Counted from the first letter of the stretch, positions 31,225-42,770 are shown. The stretch: 62,648 bases of DNA from Micrococcales bacterium 32-70-13 (GCA_002280615.1 NCEJ01000001.1:1-62648); one strand, 5' to 3'. Program-made: numbers and translations. Notes: generated by a model not told the origin, from the letters alone.

Positions 31225-32085
31225 CTATTCGACGTCGCGCCGCTGCGTCGTGAGCGCGGCCGCGAGCAGCAGGCCGCCGGCGAGGGCGGCGAGCACGAGG
31301 CCGCCCTGCCACCAGAGCAGGGCATCCACCGGCGCCGAAGGCGCGCTCGGATCGAGCGCCCCGAGCGAGCTCAGGATGCCCGCCCCGACGAGCGCGTCGG
31401 TCGCCGACCCCGGCAGGAAGCGCCCGAGCGAGGCCGACCACTCCCACACGCTCGCCACGAGCCGCAGGATCGGCTCGACGAACTGCGTGAACGCGAGCAC
31501 GATGACGATCGCCGCGATCTGGCTCGTCAGCAGGGCGCCGAGCCCGAGTCCGAGCAGCGACCACAGGGCGGTGGCGACGAGGGTGCGCAGCAGCACGCCG
31601 ATGACCTCCGGCTCGCCGAGTGCGGGGTCCTCCCCGAGTGCCGCGAGCACGGGGGCGCCGAGGCCGACGGAGCCGATGAGGCCGAGCACGCCGTAGAGCG
31701 CGCCCATGAGCGCGGCGACGATCGCCTTCGCGGTGAGCACGATGCCGCGGCGCGGCTGCGCGAGCACGGTCGGGGTGAGCGTGCCGTGGCGGTACTCGGT
31801 CGTGGCGAGCAGGGCGCCGAAGAGCAGCGGGATGACGAGGCCGACGGCCGTGACGCTGCTGTAGACGAGGTTCGCGGTGTCGACCGGGTCGAGCGCTGGA
31901 GCCGGGGCGCCGGTGCCGGCACCGGCGAGCTGCGCCCCGAGATCGCTGACGAAGAATGCGAGGCCCGCCGCCGTCATGCCGACGTAGGCGACCATGATGA
32001 GGCCGAGCAGCCACCAGCTCTTCAGCGAGAAGACCTTGGCGAGCTCGGCGGCCGTCGCGCGGCCGAGGGAGGCGAGGACGCTCAT
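31225..32085 (-). CDS. ABC-2 type transporter permease
   Basis: AEL.K, TTEYRHGT, AK motif, 6 TMs. Confidence 0.88.
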   Translation of the reverse strand: MSVLASLGRATAAELAKVFSLKSWWLLGLIMVAYVGMTAAGLAFFVSDLGAQLAGAGTGAPAPALDPVDTANLVYSSVTAVGLVIPLLFGALLATTEYRHGTLTPTVLAQPRRGIVLTAKAIVAALMGALYGVLGLIGSVGLGAPVLAALGEDPALGEPEVIGVLLRTLVATALWSLLGLGLGALLTSQIAAIVIVLAFTQFVEPILRLVASVWEWSASLGRFLPGSATDALVGAGILSSLGALDPSAPSAPVDALLWWQGGLVLAALAGGLLLAAALTTQRRDVE

Positions 32086-33014
32086 GCGGCGCTCCCCTCG
32101 CTCGCGGCAGGGGCAGTGCCCGTGGCTTCATCGGCGGTGAGGGCGAGGAAGACCGACTCGAGCCCGTCGCCCTCGTCGCTCAAGTGCGTGAGCGCGACGC
32201 CTGCGTCGCGCGCGACCTCGCCCGTACGCGCGGCGTCGAGGCCGAGCACCGTCAGGCCCGCGGCGCCGGGCTCGACGGTGGCGCCGGCGCGCGTCAGGGC
32301 ATCCGCGAGCGCCGCCCGATCGGTCGCATCGACGCGCACGCGCGAGGTTCCCGCCTCGAGGGCCTCGAGCGTGCCGTCGAACACGATGCGGCCGTGACGG
32401 ATGACCACTACGTCGTCGACCGTCTGCTGCACCTCGCTCAGCACGTGGCTCGAGAGCAGCACCGTGCGGCCCTCGGCCGCGAGCGAGCGGAGCAGGCCGC
32501 GCATCCAGCGGATGCCGTCGGGGTCGAGGCCGTTGATGGGCTCGTCAAGCACGAGCGCGGCGGGGTCGCCGAGCAGCGCGCTCGCGAGCCCGAGGCGCTG
32601 CCGCATGCCGAGCGAGTAGCCGCCGACCGCGCGCCGCGCCGCCTCGGTGAGCCCGACCTGCGCGAGCACGTGATCGACGCGCGCGCGATCGATGCCCCCC
32701 GCGATCGCGAGCTGCAGCAGGTGGTTGCGGCCGCTGCGGCCGGGGTGGAAGACGTCGGCCGAGAGCGAGGCGCCGACCCGCCGCGCGGGCGCCTCGAGGT
32801 CGCGGTAACGGCGGCCGTCGATGAGCGCGGCTCCCGCGGTGGGGCGATTGAGGCCGAGCAGGATGCGCAGGGTCGAGGTCTTTCCGGCGCCGTTAGGGCC
32901 GAGGAAGCCCGTGACGCGGCCCGGCGCCGCCGCGAACGAGACGTCGCGCAGCGCGGTCACCTCGCCGTAGACCTTCGTCAGCGAATCGATCGTGAGCGGG
33001 GTGGGGGTGACCAT
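32082..33014 (-). CDS. ABC transporter ATP-binding protein
   Basis: GPNGAGKT, YSLGMRQR, LDEP, SSH. Confidence 0.93.
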   Translation of the reverse strand: MVTPTPLTIDSLTKVYGEVTALRDVSFAAAPGRVTGFLGPNGAGKTSTLRILLGLNRPTAGAALIDGRRYRDLEAPARRVGASLSADVFHPGRSGRNHLLQLAIAGGIDRARVDHVLAQVGLTEAARRAVGGYSLGMRQRLGLASALLGDPAALVLDEPINGLDPDGIRWMRGLLRSLAAEGRTVLLSSHVLSEVQQTVDDVVVIRHGRIVFDGTLEALEAGTSRVRVDATDRAALADALTRAGATVEPGAAGLTVLGLDAARTGEVARDAGVALTHLSDEGDGLESVFLALTADEATGTAPAASEGSAA

Positions 33015-33097
33015 GGGGCTCCAGGGATGCGGGCGCCGGTTCGTCGGCACTGTCGACTACCCTGGCGAAGGCCGCCGATCGACGCAAGGAGGGCCCC

Positions 33098-34387
33098 GTG
33101 ACCGACGCCCCCTCGTTCTCTGCGGCGCCCGCTCCGTCGAGCGCCGACGCGCCGTGGCCGGTCGGCCAGCTCTCGGCGAAGCTCAAGGAGTACATCGACC
33201 GCCTCGGCCAGGTCTGGGTCGACGGCGAGATCGCGCAGTGGGGCGTCTCGGGCGGCAACGTCTACGGCAAGCTCAAAGACGTCAGCATGGATGCGACCGT
33301 CTCGTTCGTCATCTGGTCGTCGGTGCGCGCGACGCTGCCCGAGGGGCTCGGTCAGGGCGATCGCGTCACCGCCCTCGTCAAGGCCAACTGGTGGGTCAAG
33401 GGCGGCACGCTCACGATGCAGGTCTCGCAGATGCGCCGCGTCGGCCTGGGCGACCTGCTCGAGCGGCTCGAGCGCCTGCGCGCGACCCTCGCCGCCGAAG
33501 GCCTCTTCGCCGCCGAGCGCAAGAAGGCCCTGCCCTTCCTGCCGCAGTGCATCGGGCTCGTGACGGGGAAGGACAGCGACGCGGAGAAAGACGTCATCCG
33601 CAACGCGCAGCTGCGGTGGCCCTCCGTGCGGTTCCGCGTCGTGCACGCCGCTGTGCAGGGTGACAAGGCGGTCGCCGAGGTCACGGCGGGCATCCGGCAG
33701 CTGGATGCCGACCCCGAGGTCGACGTCATCATCGTCGCTCGGGGCGGAGGCGACTTCCAGAACCTGCTGCCGTTCAGCGACGAGGGCCTCGTGCGCGCGG
33801 CCGCGGCCTGCGAGACGCCGCTCGTGAGCGCGATCGGCCACGAGAACGACCGGCCGCTGCTCGACGAGGTCGCCGACCTGCGCGCCTCGACGCCGACCGA
33901 CGCCGCCAAGCGCGTCGTTCCCGACGTGAGCGACGAGCTCGCCCGGGTGCAGCAGGTGCGCTCGCGCATGCTCACGCGCGTCACGGGCGCGATCGCGACC
34001 GAGGTCGATCGCATCGCGGCCATCCGCTCGCGCCCCGCGCTCGCCTCCTCCGCGTGGATCGTCGAGACCCGCGCCGACGAGCTGACCCGCGCCGTCGCCC
34101 GCGGCGTCGAGCTGACGAGCCGGCTGCTCGAACGCGCCCGCGTCGACATCGACGAGCGCCGCTCGCAGCTGCGCGCGCTCTCGCCGCAGCGCACGCTCGA
34201 CCGCGGCTACGCCATCGCGCAGACCGCCACGGGCGCCGTCATCCGCTCGGCCGCCGCGGTGGCGACGGGCGACGCGCTCGTGCTGACGCTCGCCGACGGC
34301 CGGCTGGCCGCGCGCGCCGAGGCCCCCGTCGCCGGGCCCGATGGTGCGGCACCGGCTCCCACGACTCCCGAAGGAAGGCCCGCCTAG
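33098..34387 (+). CDS. xseA: Exodeoxyribonuclease VII large subunit
   Basis: VWVDGEI, VQG, ARGGG, SAIGHE.D, TPTDAA, L.RGYAI. Confidence 0.96.
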   Translation: MTDAPSFSAAPAPSSADAPWPVGQLSAKLKEYIDRLGQVWVDGEIAQWGVSGGNVYGKLKDVSMDATVSFVIWSSVRATLPEGLGQGDRVTALVKANWWVKGGTLTMQVSQMRRVGLGDLLERLERLRATLAAEGLFAAERKKALPFLPQCIGLVTGKDSDAEKDVIRNAQLRWPSVRFRVVHAAVQGDKAVAEVTAGIRQLDADPEVDVIIVARGGGDFQNLLPFSDEGLVRAAAACETPLVSAIGHENDRPLLDEVADLRASTPTDAAKRVVPDVSDELARVQQVRSRMLTRVTGAIATEVDRIAAIRSRPALASSAWIVETRADELTRAVARGVELTSRLLERARVDIDERRSQLRALSPQRTLDRGYAIAQTATGAVIRSAAAVATGDALVLTLADGRLAARAEAPVAGPDGAAPAPTTPEGRPA

Positions 34388-34388
34388 C

Positions 34389-34616
34389 ATGAGTGACGTG
34401 ACCGCACCCGACCCCGCCGACATCGCCGGCCTCAGCTACGAGCAGGCGCGCGACGAGCTCGTGCGCGTCGTGAGCGAGCTCGAGCAGGGCGGCGCGACGC
34501 TCGAGCAGTCGATCGCGCTGTGGGAGCGCGGCGAGGCCCTCGCCCGCCGCTGCGAGGAGTGGCTCATCGGCGCGAAAGAGCGGCTCGACGCGGCGCGCGC
34601 GGCCGCCGAGGCGTGA
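34389..34616 (+). CDS. xseB: Exodeoxyribonuclease VII small subunit
   Basis: [13 protein letters not shown]...LE.SI.LWERG. Confidence 0.95.
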   Translation: MSDVTAPDPADIAGLSYEQARDELVRVVSELEQGGATLEQSIALWERGEALARRCEEWLIGAKERLDAARAAAEA

Positions 34617-34621
34617 CCTCG

Positions 34622-35239
34622 ATGACCGACGCGAACAGCGCCGCCGACCGGCCCGAGACTCCCGAGGAGAAGGCCGACCGCGTCGCCGAGGCCCGGCGCA
34701 AGCGCCGCGCCAACCAGACCACCCGCAACCTCATCGGCTCGCTCGTCGCCTCGCTCGGCATCGTGCTCTTCCTCGTACTGGTCGTCGTGCGCCCCGACCC
34801 CGCCCCGCTCGCGATCGACTACGTCGCCGCCGCGGCCGAGGCTCAGGCGAGCCTCGGCACGGCGGTCATCGCCCCCGTCGTGCCGCCCACCTGGAGCGCC
34901 AACCGCGCCGAGCTCGCGGGCAGCGGCGGCGTCGACGAGTGGACCATCGGGTTCATCACGGCCGACCGCACCTTCCTCGGCCTGCTGCAGGGCTTCACCG
35001 ACGAGCAGAGCTGGTTGCGGGATGCTCTGCGCGACCCGGGCGAGGGCGAGGGCGTGCGCATCGCCGAGGTCGACTGGCAGCTCTACGACCGCCGCGGCGT
35101 CGACGGGGTCGGGCTGCGTGAGATCGCGCTCGTCACGAGCACGGCCGAGAGCACCATCGTGCTGTACGGCACGGCCTCCGACGCCGATCTCGAACTGCTC
35201 GCCACGGCCGTCGCGGCCGAGCTGCCCGCCGCCGACTAG
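34622..35239 (+). CDS. DUF4245-like membrane-anchored protein
   Basis: Single TM, W.AN.A, YGTA motif; usual position after xseB in actinobacteria. Confidence 0.75.
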   Translation: MTDANSAADRPETPEEKADRVAEARRKRRANQTTRNLIGSLVASLGIVLFLVLVVVRPDPAPLAIDYVAAAAEAQASLGTAVIAPVVPPTWSANRAELAGSGGVDEWTIGFITADRTFLGLLQGFTDEQSWLRDALRDPGEGEGVRIAEVDWQLYDRRGVDGVGLREIALVTSTAESTIVLYGTASDADLELLATAVAAELPAAD

Positions 35240-35298
35240 CGCCCGGGCGACTACGCTCGGAAGCCGCACCGTCCGCCCCGAGTCCGCCCAGGAGCCTG

Positions 35299-35937
35299 AT
35301 GCCGATGACACGCCGCACGCCCGCCCAGGTCTGGCGCGAGATGGAGCGGGGCAACGCGCGCTTCGTCGCGGGTGAGCCCCAGCATCCCCGGCAGGACGTC
35401 GACCGACGGGCCGAGCTCGCCAGCTTCCAGGCACCCCACGCCGCGCTCTTCGGGTGCAGCGACTCGCGGCTCGCGGCCGAGATCATCTTCGACAAGGGCC
35501 TCGGTGACCTCTTCGTGGTGCGCAATGCGGGCCAGGTCATCAGCGACAGCGTGATCGGCTCGCTCGAGTACTCCGTCGCCGTGCTGAAGGTGCCGCTCAT
35601 CCTCGTGCTCGGCCACGACGAGTGCGGGGCCGTCGCCGCCGCGATCGACTCGGTCGACGCCGACTCCGCCCCGCTGCCCGTGCACATCCAGGGCCTCGTC
35701 GACCAGATCATGCCCGCGGTCGAGCGCGTGCGGCTCGCCGCCGGCTCGCCCGACGCCGCGGGCGTCGACGCCCTCGAGGTGGGCCGCGAGCACTTGCGCG
35801 ACACCGTCGGGGCCCTGCTCGCCTCGAGCGAGCTCATCAGCGACGAGGTCGCGGCCGGTACGCTGGCCATCGTGGGTGCGAACTACCGCCTTCGCGAAGG
35901 CCGGGTCGTGCCCGACGTCGTCGTCGGTCAGCTCTAG
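35299..35937 (+). CDS. Beta-class carbonic anhydrase
   Basis: GN.RF, CSDSR, VRNAG, GH..CGAV. Confidence 0.93.
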   Translation: MPMTRRTPAQVWREMERGNARFVAGEPQHPRQDVDRRAELASFQAPHAALFGCSDSRLAAEIIFDKGLGDLFVVRNAGQVISDSVIGSLEYSVAVLKVPLILVLGHDECGAVAAAIDSVDADSAPLPVHIQGLVDQIMPAVERVRLAAGSPDAAGVDALEVGREHLRDTVGALLASSELISDEVAAGTLAIVGANYRLREGRVVPDVVVGQL

Positions 35938-36023
35938 CGCTGCCCCACCTCAGCCCGAGCCGACCGCCTGCCACCGCGACCGCCCCTGCGAACCCCTCCC
36001 GTCATCAGAAGGAACACACCGCC

Positions 36024-37421
36024 GTGAGCACTGACACCGACTTCCGCATCGAGCACGACACCATGGGCGAGGTGCGCGTGCCGCGCAGCGCCCTGTACCG
36101 CGCGCAGACGCAGCGCGCCGTCGAGAACTTCCCCATCTCGGGCTCGGGCCTCGAGAGCGGCCAGATCATCGCCCTCGCGCAGATCAAGCGCGCGGCCGCG
36201 ATCGTCAACGCCGAGCTGGGCATCCTGGATGCCCAGCTCGCGCAGGCCATCGTCGGTGCCGCCGACCAGATCATCGGCGGGGCGCACCACGACCAGTTCC
36301 CCGTCGACACCTACCAGACCGGCTCGGGCACCTCCTCGAACATGAACATGAACGAGGTGCTCGCGACGCTCGCCTCGACGGATGCCCTGCCGGTGCACCC
36401 CAACGACCACGTCAACGCCTCCCAGTCGTCGAACGACGTCTTCCCGACCTCGGTGCACCTCGCCGTCACTGCGGCGCTGCTGCGCGACCTCATCCCCGCG
36501 CTCGAGCACCTCGCGGGCGCCCTCGAGGTCAAGGCCGAGCTCTGGAAGACGGCCGTCAAGGCCGGTCGCACCCACCTCATGGACGCGACCCCGGTCACCC
36601 TGGGGCAGGAGTTCGCCGGCTACGCGCGGCAGATCCGCCTCGGCATCGCGCGCGTGCAGGCGACGATCGAGCGCGTCGCCGAGGTGCCGCTCGGCGGCAC
36701 GGCGACGGGCACGGGCATCAACACCCCGCTCGGCTTCTCGCAGAAGGTCATCGCCGAGCTCGCGAGCTCGACGGGCCTGCCCATCACCGAGGCGCTCGAC
36801 CACTTCGAGGCGCAGGGCGCCCGCGACGGCCTCGTCGAGGCCTCGGGCGCGCTGCGCGTGCTCGCCGTCTCGCTCACGAAGATCTGCAACGACATCCGCT
36901 GGATGGGCTCGGGCCCGAACACGGGCCTCGCCGAGCTGCACATCCCCGACCTGCAGCCGGGCTCGTCGATCATGCCCGGCAAGGTCAACCCCGTCGTGCC
37001 CGAGGCCGTGCTCATGGTCTGCGCGCGCGTCATCGGCAACGACGCCACGATCGCGTGGGCGGGCGCCTCGGGCTCGTTCGAGCTCAACGTCGCCATCCCC
37101 GTCATGGGCACCTCGCTGCTCGAGTCGATCCGCCTGCTCGCGAACTCGACACGTGTGCTCGCCGACAAGACCGTCGACGGCCTCGAGGCCAACCTCGAGC
37201 GGGCGCGCGCGCTCGCCGAGAGCTCGCCCTCGATCGTCACGCCGCTCAACCGCGTCATCGGCTACGAGGCCGCGGCGAAGATCGCCAAGCACTCGGTCGC
37301 GAAGGGGCTCACGATCCGCGAGGCCGTCATCGACCTCGGCTTCGTCGAGCGCGGCGAGGTCGCGCTCGAGCAGCTCGACAGCGCGCTCGACGTGCTGAGC
37401 ATGACGTCGCCCGGCCTGTAG
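36024..37421 (+). CDS. fumC: Class II fumarate hydratase
   Basis: [40 protein letters not shown]. Confidence 0.96.
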   Translation: MSTDTDFRIEHDTMGEVRVPRSALYRAQTQRAVENFPISGSGLESGQIIALAQIKRAAAIVNAELGILDAQLAQAIVGAADQIIGGAHHDQFPVDTYQTGSGTSSNMNMNEVLATLASTDALPVHPNDHVNASQSSNDVFPTSVHLAVTAALLRDLIPALEHLAGALEVKAELWKTAVKAGRTHLMDATPVTLGQEFAGYARQIRLGIARVQATIERVAEVPLGGTATGTGINTPLGFSQKVIAELASSTGLPITEALDHFEAQGARDGLVEASGALRVLAVSLTKICNDIRWMGSGPNTGLAELHIPDLQPGSSIMPGKVNPVVPEAVLMVCARVIGNDATIAWAGASGSFELNVAIPVMGTSLLESIRLLANSTRVLADKTVDGLEANLERARALAESSPSIVTPLNRVIGYEAAAKIAKHSVAKGLTIREAVIDLGFVERGEVALEQLDSALDVLSMTSPGL

Positions 37422-37447
37422 CGCCCCCGAGCGCACAGAGAGCATCC

Positions 37448-37518
37448 CGAACCGGAGCGGGTCGCGCAGAAGCGGCCCGCGCCGGATTCGATTCCTCTGA
37501 TCCGCACCACCGGTTCGA
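37448..37518. repeat. Imperfect intergenic inverted repeat between convergent fumC and phoH
   Basis: CGAACCGG...CCGGTTCG outer arms. Confidence 0.4.
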
Positions 37519-37579
37519 GAAGCACTCGTGCCCGGCGCGAGCCTGAGCCCACGCTACCGCGCGGGCCCGTGCGACCGGG

Positions 37580-38932
37580 TCAGGCGAGCTCGTTGCCCTC
37601 GAGCAGCTCGGTGACGAGCGCGGCGATCGCGCTGCGCTCGCTGCGCGTGAGGGTGATGTGGCCGAACAGCCCGTGGCCCTTGAGCGTCTCGATGACGCTC
37701 GCGACGCCGTCGTGGCGGCCGACCCGCAGGTTGTCGCGCTGAGCGATGTCGTGGGTCAGCACCACCTTCGAGTTCTGGCCGATGCGGCTCAGCACCGTCA
37801 GCAGCACGTTGCGCTCGAGCGACTGCGCCTCGTCGACGATCACGAAGGCGTCGTGCAGCGAGCGGCCGCGGATGTGCGTGAGCGGCAGCACCTCGAGCAG
37901 CCCGCGGTCGATGACCTCGTCGAGCACGTTCTGCGAGACGACCGAGCCGAGCGTGTCGAACACGGCCTGCGCCCAGGGGTTCATCTTCTCGCCCGCGTCG
38001 CCCGGCAGGTAACCGAGCTCCTGCCCGCCGACGGCGTACAGCGGCCGGAAGACCATGATCTTGCGCTGCTGCTGCCGCTCGAGCACGGCCTCGAGGCCCG
38101 CGCACAGGGCGAGGGCCGACTTGCCGGTGCCGGCGCGGCCGCCGAGCGAGACGATGCCCACCTGAGGGTCCATGAGCAGATCGATCGCGAGGCGCTGCTC
38201 GGCCGAGCGGCCGTGCAGGCCGAAGATGTCGCGGTCGCCGCGCACGAGCGCGATCTCGTCGTCGCCGACGACACGGCCGAGGGCCGAGCCGCGGTCGCTG
38301 TGGATGACGAGCGAGGTGTTGACCGGGAGGTCGCGCACGACGGGGGTGCGCAGCACCTCGCGGTCGTAGAGCTGCGCCATGTGATCGCTCGAGAGCGTGA
38401 TGTCGGCCATGCCCGTCCAGCCGCTGTCGACGGCGAGCTCGGCGCGGTACTCCTCGGCGGCGAGGCCGATCGACGAGGCCTTGACGCGCAGCGGCAGGTC
38501 TTTCGAGACGACGACCACATCGAGGCCGTCGTTCGAGAGGTTCATGGCCACGGCGAGGATGCGCGAGTCGTTGTCGCCCAGCTGGAGCCCGCTCGGCAGC
38601 ACCGACTGGTTCGAGTGGTTGAGCTCGACGCGCAGCGAGCCGCCCGTGTCGCCCACGGCGATCGGGAAGTCGAGGCGCTCGTGCTGCACGCGCAGCTCGT
38701 CGAGGTTGCGCAGCGCCTGGCGCGCGAAGTACCCGATCTCGGGGTCGTTGCGCTTCGCCTCGAGCTCGGCGATCACGACGACCGGCAGCACCACCGCGTG
38801 CTCGGCGAAGCGGAAGAGCGCTTTCGGATCGCTCAGCAGCACCGACGTATCGAGAACGTACGTGCGCTGGGCCACCTCGCTCTCGCCGCTCGTGATCGAC
38901 GGGTTCTGACGGGAGGTCTTCGCAGCGGCCAC
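37580..38932 (-). CDS. PIN-PhoH (PhoH2-type) protein
   Basis: N-terminal PIN YVLDTSV...ND.RIL...SKD; [16 protein letters not shown]. Confidence 0.93.
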   Translation of the reverse strand: MAAAKTSRQNPSITSGESEVAQRTYVLDTSVLLSDPKALFRFAEHAVVLPVVVIAELEAKRNDPEIGYFARQALRNLDELRVQHERLDFPIAVGDTGGSLRVELNHSNQSVLPSGLQLGDNDSRILAVAMNLSNDGLDVVVVSKDLPLRVKASSIGLAAEEYRAELAVDSGWTGMADITLSSDHMAQLYDREVLRTPVVRDLPVNTSLVIHSDRGSALGRVVGDDEIALVRGDRDIFGLHGRSAEQRLAIDLLMDPQVGIVSLGGRAGTGKSALALCAGLEAVLERQQQRKIMVFRPLYAVGGQELGYLPGDAGEKMNPWAQAVFDTLGSVVSQNVLDEVIDRGLLEVLPLTHIRGRSLHDAFVIVDEAQSLERNVLLTVLSRIGQNSKVVLTHDIAQRDNLRVGRHDGVASVIETLKGHGLFGHITLTRSERSAIAALVTELLEGNELA

Positions 38933-39094
38933 CGGTGCTCCATCCCCGGGGACGCGGGCGACCCCGGACCAGTTGTGTGCGGTTCGGCCGGGAGTCTCAG
39001 GACGATCGTTCCGGCCGCCCCGATCGGGCGCGATACCCGATGAGCGTCACGCTATGCCCGGGCGCTCCCCGGGCCGGGAGCGACACGCGCGGGA

Positions 39095-39148
39095 CACCGA
39101 GCCGTCACATTCGGCGGCCCGGCAAGCACCGAGCCGTCACATTCGGCG
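39095..39148. repeat. Perfect 22-bp direct repeat CACCGAGCCGTCACATTCGGCG x2
   Basis: Copies at 39095-39116 and 39127-39148. Confidence 0.85.
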
Positions 39149-39162
39149 CGCTGCTCGGCGCG

Positions 39163-40284
39163 TCAGACCCCGGTCATCGTCGAGAACTCGGCGAGGGAAG
39201 CCCGGAACTGGTCGAAGGTCTCGTCGCCCGTCGACACGTGCGCGCCGAGGCGCACGCGGCCCGCGCGCACCGTCACCGAGACGCCGTGGTTGTGCAGCGC
39301 CGCCGCGAGCGCGCCGACGAACTCGGGGTGGGGTTCGAGCACGACGATGCCCGCGCGCTCGGCCGGCTCGCGCGGCGAGACGACCTCGACGCCCGCGTCG
39401 TCGGCGATCTCGATGAGGCGCGCCGTGCGCTCGTCGATCGCCTCTCGGATGCTCGGCACACCGGCGGCCATGACCGCGTCGACCGCCCCGGCCAGGCGGG
39501 CTTGCGCGAACGCGTCGGCGTAGCCCACGCGGAACGCCGAGGCGTCGGCCGCTGGCTCGACGATGTCGTGCAGCAGCTCGGGGCTGCCGTGCGCGAGCCA
39601 GCCCGACCAGACGGGCGTGAGCTGCTCCCGGGCACGGTCGCTCAGGGCGAGGAAACCGGTGCCCTGACCCGCACGCAGCCACTTCTGGCCGCCCGAGGCG
39701 ATGACGTCGGCGACCTCCCAGGGGGCATCCACGATGCCGGCGCCCTGGATGGCGTCGACGATGAGCAGTCGGTCGCCGATCACCTGGCGGATTCCTTCGA
39801 GGTCGACGAGGTGGCCGGTGCGGTAGTCGACGAGGCTCACCACCACGGCGACGACACTGGAGGCCAGCTGATCACGAACGACGCCGGGGGTGACACGCTC
39901 GTGCTCGGGCGTGATGACATGCGGCACGAGCACGCCGAGGGCCTCGGCGGCGCGGGCCATGGCGTAGCCGACCGAGGGGAACTCGCCCGACGAGGCCGCC
40001 ACGCCGCCCGTGAGCCCGAACATGACGTGCATGAGGGCCTGGCTCGTGCTCGGCTGGAACACGACCTGATCGGGGCGCGTGCGCACGAGGCTCGCGACCG
40101 AGGTGCGCACGCGCTCGTCGTGGTCGTCGAGCGTCGCGAACGAGCCGAAGCGCGCGTGCGAGAGCACGTCGGCGATGGCGCGCTCTTCAGCGAGCGCGTG
40201 CTCTCCGATGGGCGACAGCCGGGGGTGATCGAGGTAGCCGGGCTCTTCGGCGAAACCGGCGACGTACGCGTCGAGTTCCGACAC
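39163..40284 (-). CDS. Aminotransferase class V PLP-dependent enzyme
   Basis: GYLD, EFPS, VDAIQG.G, SGGQKWL, VRLGAH. Confidence 0.88.
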   Translation of the reverse strand: MSELDAYVAGFAEEPGYLDHPRLSPIGEHALAEERAIADVLSHARFGSFATLDDHDERVRTSVASLVRTRPDQVVFQPSTSQALMHVMFGLTGGVAASSGEFPSVGYAMARAAEALGVLVPHVITPEHERVTPGVVRDQLASSVVAVVVSLVDYRTGHLVDLEGIRQVIGDRLLIVDAIQGAGIVDAPWEVADVIASGGQKWLRAGQGTGFLALSDRAREQLTPVWSGWLAHGSPELLHDIVEPAADASAFRVGYADAFAQARLAGAVDAVMAAGVPSIREAIDERTARLIEIADDAGVEVVSPREPAERAGIVVLEPHPEFVGALAAALHNHGVSVTVRAGRVRLGAHVSTGDETFDQFRASLAEFSTMTGV

Positions 40285-40286
40285 GG

Positions 40287-41069
40287 CTACTGCCCGAACC
40301 GTCGCTGGCGGCGCGCGAAGTCGCGCAGGGCACGCAGAAAGTCGACCTCGCGCAAATCGGGGCCGAGCGCTTCGACGAAGTAGAACTCGCTGTACGCGCT
40401 CTGCCACAGCATGAAGTCGCTCAGCCGCTGCTCGCCCGAGGTGCGAATCACGAGATCGGGGTCGGGCTGGCCGCCCGTGTAGAGGTGCTCGGCGATGCGC
40501 TCGGGAGTGATCTCGTCGGCGAGATCGTCGAGGCCGCCGCCGCGCTCGGCGTGCTGGTGCACGATCGAGCGCACGGCGTCAGCGATCTCGCGGCGCCCGC
40601 CGTAGCCGACGGCGAGGTTGACGTGGAGGCCGGGATGCTCAGCGGTGCGCGCCTCGGCGGCTTCGAGTTCTGCGAGCAGGCCGCCGGGGAGCCCTTCGCT
40701 CGTGCCCACGTGCTGCACGCGCCAGTCACGGAAGTGCGAGAGCTCTTCTGCGAGATCGGCGATGATGTGGGTGAGGCCGTCGAGCTCGTCTGCATCGCGG
40801 CCAGTGAGATTGTCGGTCGACAGCAGGTACAGCGTCGCGACACCGATTCCGGCGTCGTCGCACCAGGTCAGAAACTCACGCATCTTCTGCGCGCCAGCCC
40901 GGTAGCCGTGATCGCTCGTGCCCCCGAACTGCCGCGCCCAGCGACGATTGCCATCGATGATCATGGCGACATGGCGGGGGTGGGTCGCGTCGACGAGCTG
41001 CCGACGGAGACGGCGCATATACAGCTGGTAGAGCAGGCCGTCACCCCGGGGAGCTCTGGACGATCGCAC
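40287..41069 (-). CDS. cis-Isoprenyl transferase (UppS family, short-chain Z-FPP synthase type)
   Basis: HVAMIIDGNRRWA, LSTDN, YGGR.EI, IRTSGEQRLS.F; GTG 6 nt after TACCGT. Confidence 0.92.
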   Translation of the reverse strand: MRSSRAPRGDGLLYQLYMRRLRRQLVDATHPRHVAMIIDGNRRWARQFGGTSDHGYRAGAQKMREFLTWCDDAGIGVATLYLLSTDNLTGRDADELDGLTHIIADLAEELSHFRDWRVQHVGTSEGLPGGLLAELEAAEARTAEHPGLHVNLAVGYGGRREIADAVRSIVHQHAERGGGLDDLADEITPERIAEHLYTGGQPDPDLVIRTSGEQRLSDFMLWQSAYSEFYFVEALGPDLREVDFLRALRDFARRQRRFGQ

Positions 41070-41154
41070 AGGCCTACGGTAGTCCACTGCGCCGTGGTTG
41101 TGGCGGGCATCCAACCGCGGCACTCGACACGGGCGGCTCCCGTATCATCACCGC

Positions 41155-41907
41155 ATGAGCTCCCCCTCCGATGCCGAGACCACGCCGGCCGAGGTCGACG
41201 ACGAACCCGGCGCCGACCTTCCGAACGTTCCCCTGCTCGAAGAGTCGATCGAGTACGCGGCGCTCGAGCCGAAGCCGACCTGGCGGGGGCTCATCCACGC
41301 GGCGACGTTCCCGCTCGCGATCGTGCTCGGCGTCGTGCTCATCGTCGTCGCCGACGGGCCAGCGGCGCGCTGGTCGAGCGCCGTGTTCGTGGCCTCGTCG
41401 CTTCTGCTGTTCGGCATCTCGGCGACGTACCACCGCTTCACCTGGAGCGATCGCACCCGCGTGCTCTTGAAGCGCTTCGACCACGCCAACATCTTTCTCT
41501 TGATCGCCGGCACGTACACGCCGCTGTCGATCATGGCCCTACCGCCCGAGAAGGGGTACCTGCTGCTCGTGCTGGTGTGGAGCGGCGCGTTGCTCGGCAT
41601 CGGGTTCCGCGTGTTCTGGATCAACGCTCCGCGCTGGGCCTACGTTCCGCTCTACGTGATGCTCGGCTGGGCAGCCGTGCTCTACATCGTCGACCTCTTC
41701 ACGGCGAACGCGGCCATGATGGTGCTCGTGATCGTCGGCGGTCTCGCCTACACGGCGGGCGCGGTGATCTACGGCATGAAGAAGCCGAATCCGGTGCCGG
41801 GAGTGTTCGGGTTCCACGAGATCTTCCACACCCTCACGGTCGTGGCGTTCTTGTGCCACTGGACGGGTGTGCTGCTCGTCGCCCTCGACCCGCCCTTCGG
41901 CGGCTAG
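41155..41907 (+). CDS. Hemolysin III / PAQR family membrane protein
   Basis: SA.YH, DHANIFLLIAGTYTP, HEIFH; leaderless TATCAT. Confidence 0.93.
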   Translation: MSSPSDAETTPAEVDDEPGADLPNVPLLEESIEYAALEPKPTWRGLIHAATFPLAIVLGVVLIVVADGPAARWSSAVFVASSLLLFGISATYHRFTWSDRTRVLLKRFDHANIFLLIAGTYTPLSIMALPPEKGYLLLVLVWSGALLGIGFRVFWINAPRWAYVPLYVMLGWAAVLYIVDLFTANAAMMVLVIVGGLAYTAGAVIYGMKKPNPVPGVFGFHEIFHTLTVVAFLCHWTGVLLVALDPPFGG

Positions 41908-41913
41908 CGCCGC

Positions 41914-42210
41914 CTAGCGGTCGGCGGGCTGCTCGGGCTCGGGCTCGGCGGGCCCGCCCTCGGCGATCATCGCCTGCTCGGCCTCGAGCCGCTCGCGCAC
42001 CTCGCCGCGGTAACGCACTCGTCGGATGCGGCGGGTCATGTCGACGAGCAGGAAGATGACGGCGATCGCCACGAGCGCGATCGCGACGAAGCCCGCGACC
42101 CCCGGCGTGACCGTGTTGGGGTCGAAGTCGGGCGGCGTGCCGGGGTCGTCGATCGGGTTCGGGCCGATGCCCGTCGGAAGCAGCACGGCTGCGAGGGGGT
42201 ACCAGATCAC
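41914..42210 (-). CDS. Small membrane protein
   Basis: VTPG..GF TM followed by DM.RRIRRVRYR; GGAG upstream of GTG. Confidence 0.7.
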   Translation of the reverse strand: MIWYPLAAVLLPTGIGPNPIDDPGTPPDFDPNTVTPGVAGFVAIALVAIAVIFLLVDMTRRIRRVRYRGEVRERLEAEQAMIAEGGPAEPEPEQPADR

Positions 42211-42346
42211 GGGATGCTCCAAAATCGGTCGGACGGTCGGGCCGGTTGAGAGAACCCTCACCTCGGCGCTCTACGCTGATCACCAGGGTAGCGATCGCAC
42301 CTGAGCGGCCCACCGGGCCGCGCCGCACGAGGGAGGACCGGCCGCC

Positions 42347-42751
42347 GTGAGCAGCCCGCAGCAGCGACTCGACGAGCGCTACGGTCGCACCGCGGGCGCC
42401 GAGCGTCGCACGCGCACCGCCATGATCGTCGCGGGTGTCGTGTTCGCCGTCGTCTTCACGGCCTGGGTCGTGTGGGGCGGACTCTCGGGCACGAACGCCG
42501 AGCTGGAGACGCGCGAGCTCGGCTACGCGAACGTCACCGACCGCTCGATCGACGTGCGCTGGGAGGTCTCCGTCGAGCCGGGCACGGCCGTGTCGTGCGC
42601 CGTTCAGGCCCTCAACGAGAGCTTCGGCATCGTGGGCTGGAAGGTCGTCGACCTGCCGCCCTCGACCGAGCGCACGCGCGTGCTCGTCGAATCGCTGCGC
42701 ACCGCCGAGCGGCCCGTCACGGGTTTGCCCTACCGGTGCTGGCTCCCGTAG
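42347..42751 (+). CDS. DUF4307-like membrane-anchored protein
   Basis: RYG, TM, C...A...F..VG, terminal CW; usual position before greA. Confidence 0.78.
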   Translation: MSSPQQRLDERYGRTAGAERRTRTAMIVAGVVFAVVFTAWVVWGGLSGTNAELETRELGYANVTDRSIDVRWEVSVEPGTAVSCAVQALNESFGIVGWKVVDLPPSTERTRVLVESLRTAERPVTGLPYRCWLP

Positions 42752-42770
42752 CATCGCCGGAATCGAGAAA

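Noticed and set aside
37580-38932. PIN domain as a toxin of a new toxin-antitoxin system
   Set aside because: The PIN-PhoH fusion is a conserved, already described actinobacterial gene, and no antitoxin ORF is evident.
39095-39148. Possible mini-CRISPR
   Set aside because: Only two repeats, a 10-bp spacer and no cas genes; no CRISPR array was seen anywhere in the window.
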